Positions 55,620-64,000 of a stretch of 64,000 nucleotides of DNA are shown in pieces. Both the position numbers and the translations under genes were made by a program. The DNA is taken from contig OW569369.1 in assembly GCA_937625935.1 (NCBI GenBank), forward strand, positions 124,001 through 188,000, given 5' to 3'. The notes under the pieces are model-generated. The model was not told the DNA's origin and made no database searches. It saw nothing but the letters and a program-made list of their open reading frames with translations. Source of the DNA: Tetramitus jugosus (taxonomy: Eukaryota; Protista; Heterolobosea). Numbering within the stretch: position 1 is the stretch's first letter; each line of letters opens with the position of its first letter.

Positions 55620-56722
55620 TTATTCAAGGGTGATATGAGTGTCGTCCTGGTATGCTCTACCTGATTGATGATCAACAGCAATCGTACTGTCATTATCGAA
55701 TCCTCCAACGTTCAACTTCTTCACTTGATGTCTCTCCAGGAGCAAGTGTGCCTCCGTAATGGCACCTGCATCAAATGTTTCATAGCTGTGTGGTTTTCGA
55801 ATCTCGGTAGCCGCAGTGAAACGACCTCTTCTGGTCTGATTCGATCCCTGTTGTCCACTTCCATATAGTTCATTCTTAATCTTTTCTCTAAACTGTCTTC
55901 TCGTGTCTTCATCGATATCCTCTACTCGGTCAATCTTTCCATCACGCATATAAATCACACGCTTGGCTGCATTCTTCAGATTGGGATCATGAGTCACCAT
56001 TACCAGCGTAATTTTTTCTTCTTCGTTCAATTGCAGCAACAGATCCATGACATTGACCGTGTTCTTCGTGTCCAAATCACCCGTCGGTTCATCCAACAAC
56101 AGAATGTCTGGTCTATTGGCAATGGCACGTGCAATTGTGACTCTCTGTTGTTCACCACCTGATAATTGACTAGGCACATGACTAAATCTCTCTCCCATGC
56201 CCACCTTGGACAACAATTCCTTGGCTCTGTTTCTTCGTTCGGATGCAGTCAAATTTCCTCTGAGAATCATTGGCATCTCCACATTTTCCAGTGCACTCAT
56301 CGTACTCAACAGATTAAACGTCTGAAAAACAAATCCCATTTTTTGTAATCGAATATGTGCCAATGTACTATCCGGTGTCTTACTACCAATCCTCGTGCCA
56401 CCAATTGTCAAATGTCCCTTTGTAGGCTTATCAATCGTTCCAATAATGTTTAACATGCTCGTTTTACTATACATGTGTGAGTGACCAGTCAAACAACAAC
56501 AACCACAACAACAACAAAGAAAGGAGAGACTTACCCGCCTCCGGATGTTCCGTAAATGATGACAAATTCTCCGCGCTTGATTTTGAAAGAGACACCTCGA
56601 AGGGCAGGAACACCTTCAATTCCCAACAAGTATGTCTTTTGAATGTTCTCTAGTTCGATAATGTATTCTGCGTTGGGGTCTTCTTCATCGTTTGTTCCTC
56701 TTTTTTGGTACAGGTTTTCCAT
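55620..56722 (-). CDS. Stand-alone ABC ATPase of LolD/MacB type; intron 56534-56467
   Basis: Splicing restores Walker A GTSGGGKTS; also [33 protein letters not shown]. Confidence 0.92.
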
Positions 56723-56984
56723 GATTAAGTTTTATTGTTGATGTTTGTTGGTTGTTGGTTTGTTGGATAAGGATTCTAATGAGGATCAGATAGAGAGATT
56801 GAGATAGATGGATGGGTATGTGTTGTTGCTAGTGTTTCTTTGTTGGGCTTCCGCAGGTGCCTTTTTCTGATTTTTCTTCTGGCGGCCAATTAGTTTGTGC
56901 GAACTCCCTTCATCTCCGATGGTCGAAGGTTCTTGGCGCCAGATTCTGCCGCCCAAAACTCTCAAAAACTAAAGGTCAAGCAGA

Positions 56985-59310
56985 ATGAGGAAGACGAGTA
57001 TTGCAGGCGGAAATCGCCCTGGTCACGGCAACAATAATGTCAACAACAGTTCCTTTGTATCAAGAACGAATACTAGCATGTCCATCTCCAACAATAGTAC
57101 TAGAAGATCCAACAACAATGCAAGCTTTATTCATCCATCGTCATCGTCATTGGGCCCATCTTCCGGTCCATTGCTCAAGGAGGCCAAAGATTTTGTCGAA
57201 AAATTAAAGCATTGTGGATACAGAGATTCATTGAGTCATGAAGAGTTGGATTGGGTGTTTTCGTATCCTGAGACAAGGCCTCTCATTCGATTCTTGAGCG
57301 GTCGACTCAGCAAGGACATGGTATTGAGCGAGGATCAAGTCAGAGAGTACAGAATGTTGGAGAAGCAGGGAAAGGTACTGTCTGGAACAGAGTTGGAAGA
57401 AGCGTATCAGTCCAAGTTGGACAGTGATCGATACCATGCTGCGTCATCTTCTAGTGTTGAAGATCAGGAGGCCAGCAATGAAGAATTACAGTATGTGTCC
57501 GACAGTTGTAGTACTTTTTATTGATGACTGAGGTGAGTGTTTGATGTTTGAACTAACACGCTCATACTTGTATGAATGTAGACAAATATTGGAGCAAATG
57601 TCAGGAGAGCTCAAGCAGCTAGAAATGCAGTATGAGAGGAAGAAGATGCAACGAGATCAATTATTGTCTGTCACTGCCGCACAACAACAAACATTTGATT
57701 TGGATCAAAAGTTAAAGCTGAAACAAGAGGAACGACTTCGGATAGAGAATAATTTGGCTGCCAAAAACCGACAGATGAATGACTCGTTGGATAAGATACA
57801 AAAACTTGTGCAGTTGATCCTTGGCATGTACTCTAAAGCAAGAAGTACAATGCTGTGTGAATGTAATTTAACAAGGTATTTTCAGGAGGACAAGATGTTT
57901 TGCGAGAGATTAAATGCGTTCATTAATAAGCAGATTGAGATTAAAGAAGCTGTGAGAGCTTCAAAGCTCGAAAAAACAAGGACTCCCACCCAGCAGGCTG
58001 AATATGAGAAGAATACGAGGGAGTTGAGTCGGTTGCAATCAACGTAAGTTACCAATCGTTCATTGTCATGATGTCATCATAGGTAGATTTTAACACCCTA
58101 GGCACATAAATAGATTTGCTAAGAGCGAAGAGCAGTATATGAGTAGTTTAGTCAAGAATCAGAAGGTTGAAGCACAGTTAAAAATGGTAGAAGCATTTCA
58201 ATCGAGGTTCGATGGTTATTATCAACATTTGACAGAACAAACAATCACAGATCGGATACAATCAATCGAATCACAGACCAAAACAATAACAGAGCAACTC
58301 GAGCAATACTTAAAGTATGTTTTGTTATGTTGTAACATCGATGCAATTTCACTATTGTAGCCGACTAACTTTTGAAATTCATTATAGACGCGATGTTCCT
58401 CAATTATTTTCAGAGTTGACTTCGTTGTATACTCTTCCTGTTCTCGAGGCAGATTATGACTTCAAGATAGCGAGACAGGATTACGAGTTGTCCAAGCATG
58501 ATCAGATTTTGTATTATTTATTCAGACAGAAGAGTCGGAACGAGTTTCTGCGATTAGGGTTCGATTCAGAGATGAAGAGACTACAGGAAACCTTCTTTAT
58601 TATTAATGCTCTAAAGGCTGAATTGAATTCTATGAGTGAAGAGTTGTTAAAACGAATTGTAAGTGATTTTACTTTATTTCGTCAGACATTGAGACTAGGA
58701 GCTTACTAACACATTACAGACGTCATATGAAGAATATGTATCGAAGCCACATGAAACAACACAAGAGAAAGAAACCGACATCATACTCAAGACAGCAATC
58801 TCGTTAGCCCAGTCAGAGTCCGAGAAGGTGTTAGAAATATCCTCTTCATTCGATGCTCTGGTGAGTAACATGACAACGATCGAGGAGAGCTTTCAACACA
58901 ACATTTCCACAGTGCATCAAATGCAAAACACTTTGAATAATATGATACAGCGGATGACTGACCGGAGTGAAGAACTTGAGAGAGCAGCTTTCCATGACGA
59001 ACTGGCAAAGAATGATCAAATGTCCATATCATCTGAACAGATACAAACTGGATTACAATCATTACAAATTTCTACAGATTCCTTAGGAGAACGCATGAAA
59101 ACAATGCTTCAAGTCAAGACGGAACGCGAAGCCCATCTGGTAAGTCACTTTACACTTCTGCGAGCTTTACTTCTTTACTTCCCATCATGTCATCGAACTA
59201 ACAATCATTCAATTGAATACTGCTACAAATAACAGAATTTGAAGTCCATTAGCCAAAGAGCTTCCATTGATCCTTTACTCAACTCTACGCACTTGAACCT
59301 GTAGATCTAT
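56985..59310 (+). CDS. HAUS3: HAUS augmin-like complex subunit 3; multi-exon, 3' end approximate
   Basis: FVEKLK..GY.....EELDW.F....RPLIRFL...L....VLS, L.G.ELEEA, later PVL.ADYD.KIARQDY; consecutive ORFs are separated by GT..AG introns. Confidence 0.75.
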
Positions 59311-59433
59311 CTGATCGGGCCTTTCCATAAAACCACAATCACAAAAATCAACAAAAAGGAAAGAAAAAAACTCACCACAAACAAAACAACACAAACGAAA
59401 CCACTCTCTCTCTAATTTATTGAACCTTCAAAT

Positions 59434-60781
59434 CATGCAATCTCTAGTCTCTCATCAAGTGACTCAACCACTACCCATGAGCAGCGCCGGTCGTCCCATT
59501 CTGCTCCAACAACCCGAAGAAGAAATTGAAGTTTCTACCGCCACAAATATTGCACTTTACAATGAAGACTCGGAGATTTCTGATTACACCGATTTGGCCG
59601 TCACTCTGACTACGATACGTCTATTGCTCGTTCCAACTGCGGATCACCACAGACAAAAGCCCTATTTTATCGAGCTAAAATGTGTAAAGAGTGTAGAAAA
59701 ACGAAACAAGTTGTTTTCTTCACCCAAAATTGTGATTCACTTGCTGAACACGACATCTTCCTCATTACAACCAAAATTCATCATGCTTAGCTTTCGAAAG
59801 GGAGGTCGAGATGAATTGTTGAATCACTTGGAAACACAACTCAAAAGGAAAAATTGGCTTGTTTTTGATCGAATGAATCGATCTTCATTACCATCATCAT
59901 CATCATTATTGACGACAACTATTAGCAACAACAATACCACTCCCGCTTTTTCACAACAGCCGCAACAACCGAACATGAATATTAGAAATAGCACTGGTGG
60001 TAGAGGTTTTGAGACGAGGAGTGCAGGATTGAGTGGAATTATTCAAACTGTAGAGACACAAAATAAGCAAACGGAGCAGCAATTGAATGAAGCATTTTCT
60101 GATTTGAATTCATTGATGGATAAAGCGAGAGAAATGGTTGATTTGGCTGAGAAATTTGCAGAGAAATTGAAGAAGAATGAACAACAGCATCAGCGCAATA
60201 GCAGTAGTAGTAGTGGCGGTGGTGGAATGAGCGACGAAGATCGAGAGACAGAGGAGATGAATGCTGTTTTGATGAATTTGGGTCTATCGTCGATTGTAAC
60301 AAAGAAATCAGCTGGAAACATGTTTCATCAACAATTGGCACGACAATTGGCAGAATTTTTACCGGCGCACTTAAAGAAGAATCAAGGCATTATGGCACTG
60401 TCAGATGCATTTTGTTTGTACAATAGGGCCAGAGGAACAGATTTGGTGTCGCCTGATGATATGTTCAAGGCATGTTCCTTGTTTGAACAGCTGCGATTAC
60501 CACTTGTTCTCAACAAATTTGAGAGTGGAGTGATTGTGATACAGAGTGCTGATTCGACGAATGACAAGATTGCAGAGAAGATTGTTCGGTTGATCGAGAA
60601 GGAGTATGAAGAGCAGCAATGTGTCAGTGCTGTCGATGTGGCTCATGCGCTTAAGATGTCCGTTATTTTGGCGCAACAACAGTTGTTGAATGCAGAGGAG
60701 ATGGGTGTCCTGTGTCGTGACGAGTCAATGGAAGGAATTCGGTTCTATTTGACAAGTGTATGTTTCCCTGTGCAGAATTAG
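59434..60781 (+). CDS. VPS36: ESCRT-II subunit VPS36/EAP45
   Basis: GLUE-like LTTIRL..SPKI..LSFRKGG, AFSDL..LM.KA.EMV, YNRARG..LVSP.D, LCRDESMEG. Confidence 0.93.
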
Positions 60782-60838
60782 ATCGCATGCATCACTTCAT
60801 ATTACTACATTTATTTTGGATTGAAGACCGGATAAAAA

Positions 60839-62599
60839 TTATAAAACAATAATGTCCTCTTTGGCTGTTTCGTTGTTCTGATCTGAGGCGCCAGTGGTTG
60901 TTGATGTTTCTTGGTCGAGGAGTTCATGTTCTCCACGGCTGGTAGTAGAAACGTTTGCTGGTTGGGAAGAAGGTTCATCATAGCTTCCAAAATCAAGATC
61001 CATATCTTCTTCATCACCTAGAATAATATCGTTCCTTGGTCCATCATCAGTATCCTCATCTCCCAAATCGTTGTATACATCTTCAAAATCATCTGATGAT
61101 AATTGCATCGTATTCAAAAACAGGAAGCTCTGATGTGATGGCAAGAATAGTCGCATGATGCCACACAGCACCAAGCAGAATATGATTTGGAATGCTGCGT
61201 CATAGAACCATGACGAAGACCATAGTCGTCCATATAGATCAAAGAAACTGTACAATCCCTCACTAATGAACACCAGGACTGAAGCAGCCACATAAAACAC
61301 GAGCAAATACATGATCCTCTTGAAGAATTGAATCTTTTCAATCTGATTCTTCTTTGATAACTCAACCAACGTAATAGTCAAAGCATAAAATATCCATGCA
61401 TAGAATGCTGCGTCAAGCAATGAAACTGGAACAGATGAAAGCGAGGACCAGTAGGTGGCAGTTCCCGACTCAACAGAAGATATGCGCGCAATATCGTTCA
61501 ACATTGTAAAGATCAAATATACAACAGCATAAGCACCAATTGCCATCCATGCCTTCTTTGTCAACTGTTTCTTAATTGATCCGAATCCCAAACATATCAA
61601 CAGAATCATCAATCGACTCAGTACCTTTCTTCCCAATTCGCACACAATGGCACAAAACACGAGAAAACCACTTCGCTTTCCATGCTTGTTGAAATACACG
61701 AGCGTACTCATATCAAACAACGACTCCAGCACACAAAGTACCAAAACAACTGAAATGGCAGCATGAATACGCGCAAAGTACCTCCTGCCCTGAACACTCT
61801 TCACACTCCACACAATTCCAATAATGACATAGGCACTGAACAAGAATGCATAAAAGAATAGCATACCCACTTGTTCGCCCATCAAATAACCATACGGATT
61901 CACGTACTCGATATCTCCGTCCAGTGTAATTGCCACTTTAGTAGCTTGTTTTTCCTGCGACACATTGTCATAGGGACACTTGACAACATATGTGTAAATG
62001 AGACTGCTCTTTTTGATCTCTAACTTGATATCACTCTCCTTGTCATCATCACCACCATCCGTTGTCAAATAAAAAGTGTGCAGCGTTCTCTGATCCAATC
62101 CTGTTTCATTACAGAAAAAGCTTTGCTGAACAGCAATGGAGCTATTGTGGATCAATCCTCCATATTGCCTGAACAAGTCACGATTGAGGATGGAGACTTG
62201 CAGTATAGTGCTACTGTTCTTACTGTTCCATATATCAGATGGTTTGATGCTTGCCTTCACTGTTCACCAGTCATGCAGGACACGTTTACAAAAAGTTAAA
62301 ATTAGAAAAATGGCGCGCCAATGAAAAACGAAAAAGACAGTGATCAAACAAAAGCTTACAATCGAGAGAGACGTGAGGTTCTTCACGACTCAAAAACCTT
62401 TTGAAAATTCGACGGAATGGGAATTCTTCCCTTGTAAAAATTCCGCTATTGTACTGGTAGAGGATGGCAAAGTCAGAAGCCTTCTTTTCAAAATTTTGAT
62501 CATCAAAAGAGATCACTTTGCAGTTGATCAGACTGAACAGGGCACATAATATCAGTAGAGAAACAAGGAATATCCTTGTTTTTGATGTGTGTTGCATCA
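60839..62599 (-). CDS. TMEM87/GPR107-like (Lung 7-TM) membrane protein; 2 exons
   Basis: Signal peptide in ORF 62286..62771; NPYGYL, SRLMILLICLGFG, LDAAFYAWIF. Confidence 0.78.
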
Positions 62600-62776
62600 T
62601 CTGTTGAGTTTGTTTTTTGTTGTGTTTTATTTTGGATTTTCTGCCCAGAAAGCATTGAACGTTCAAATAACAGTTATTTTTGGTGTTGCGTGTTGGAAGG
62701 GGAAATACTGGAGGCAAGCAGTGCGTTGGAGGAAGGAGTTGCAAGTTTACGGAAATTGCTTTCGAAAACACAACTC

Positions 62777-63970
62777 TCAGAGAAGGAGAGTCTCAGGTGA
62801 GCCACCCATGCGAATAATGAGGAACTGAAGCAGTAGGTCCGGTGTCATTACCTTGGCTCTCAGTTTGTCTTGTGCATTGTCCAATTTAGATGGTGTAATG
62901 CGCTCTAGCAACCATACCAAGTCAGAGCGACTTACTGTTCGATGGTTGCAGGTCACTTGCTCATCCGACAATTCATATCCTTGCCAAGTGAAGAGCACCT
63001 TTCGTTCTGACCCCTCAGAGTACTCGATATCAATGTACAACTCGGCATTCATCTCACTGATAACACCGCTGCGATCAGTAGTAGAGTGCTTACTTGCCCT
63101 GTTCTGTTCAAACTCATATTTTACATTGACATACAGCACAGAACTGTACTTTCGCTTGTCTTTTGGAATATATCTGCGCGTTGTGGACTGCTCAACCAAA
63201 TAAATCTGACTGAGGTAGAATCTTGCCTCAGAGTTAATCTCGGTGCACAGTTCTGACTCATCACGATGATAGCGTGTCATGTACAAACTCGGTTTCATGA
63301 ACCGCTCCACCGATTCACCAAACAGGTACTCGTCTTCGGAAGCAAGCAACATCTTGAGCCACGTATCAAAATAATTGTCATCTGCCTTGTGCAGCTCTCT
63401 GTTTGTCCATTCAATCATTTCCTTGAGAAACAGTGGATTCGGATAATGGCGATACCTCTTCATCAAATATTCCATCTTGTCCAATCGATACTTTGAACCG
63501 AGTTCCAATTCCTTTCGTTCCTTGTAATAAGTCTTCCAACTCGTCAGACACTGCTTATTGATAATGTTGCTCCGTTCCTGAGCCAACTGAAGATCCTTTT
63601 TTTGCTTTCGTTCCTTGTTCTTGACTTGGTCGTCATTGTCATCATCACCACTGTCCGTATTCGTATCTGTATCACTGTCCGTTTCATCATCATCATCACT
63701 GTCATCATCTTCATCATCATCATCATGATGACTACGACGATGATTAGACGTCAGTGAAATGGGAAAGTGCCAATTGAGATTGTACTTGGACTTTGATATT
63801 TGACTCCAATGAAAGTTTTGAGAACTGAGGAGGAACCATTTCTTGCAGACGAGACTCGCATGACGACAAATGTCTCTCGCATCCAAAAAGGAGAAAATTT
63901 GAAAAATGACAAACAAGTCCTTGGAGAATTGACTGTGGAGTTGATCAACGTGGGCATCAGTTGTTGCCAT
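62777..63970 (-). CDS. F-box protein
   Basis: QIFSFLDARDICRHASLVCKKW......HW and SWKTYYKER. Confidence 0.8.
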   Translation of the reverse strand: MATTDAHVDQLHSQFSKDLFVIFQIFSFLDARDICRHASLVCKKWFLLSSQNFHWSQISKSKYNLNWHFPISLTSNHRRSHHDDDDEDDDSDDDDETDSDTDTNTDSGDDDNDDQVKNKERKQKKDLQLAQERSNIINKQCLTSWKTYYKERKELELGSKYRLDKMEYLMKRYRHYPNPLFLKEMIEWTNRELHKADDNYFDTWLKMLLASEDEYLFGESVERFMKPSLYMTRYHRDESELCTEINSEARFYLSQIYLVEQSTTRRYIPKDKRKYSSVLYVNVKYEFEQNRASKHSTTDRSGVISEMNAELYIDIEYSEGSERKVLFTWQGYELSDEQVTCNHRTVSRSDLVWLLERITPSKLDNAQDKLRAKVMTPDLLLQFLIIRMGGSPETLLL

Positions 63971-64000
63971 GTCAACTGATCGAGGTTGATAAACTGCAGC

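Overview
Gene-dense, intron-poor eukaryotic (protist) genomic DNA with about 33 protein genes and one tRNA-Val(TAC). Myosin II together with flagellar genes (EFHB, TMEM17-like) and short GT-AG introns suggests a heterolobosean amoeboflagellate; this is an inference and the species was not identified. Most of the window is housekeeping: myosin II, ISCU, NOSIP, TOPBP1-like, KIN17, histone H4, PRPP synthetase, RPC3, PEX11, FAN1, a phosphodiesterase, RPL12, PRP5, HAUS3 and VPS36. The standout is a ~4.6 kb transposase-less DNA transposon at 30049-34626, inserted between the PRPP synthetase and RPC3 genes. It has 15-bp terminal inverted repeats (TIRs; 1 mismatch) flanked by TTAA on both sides, a Kolobok-like signature. 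It encodes an intact 637-aa Fanzor1-type RuvC nuclease followed by a structured, pseudoknot-capable candidate omega-RNA that runs through the right end. It also carries a small F-box/C3H-zinc/chromodomain gene and captured host-gene fragments (VPS35, probably PRP6). All family assignments come from motif recognition by eye; no database searches were run.
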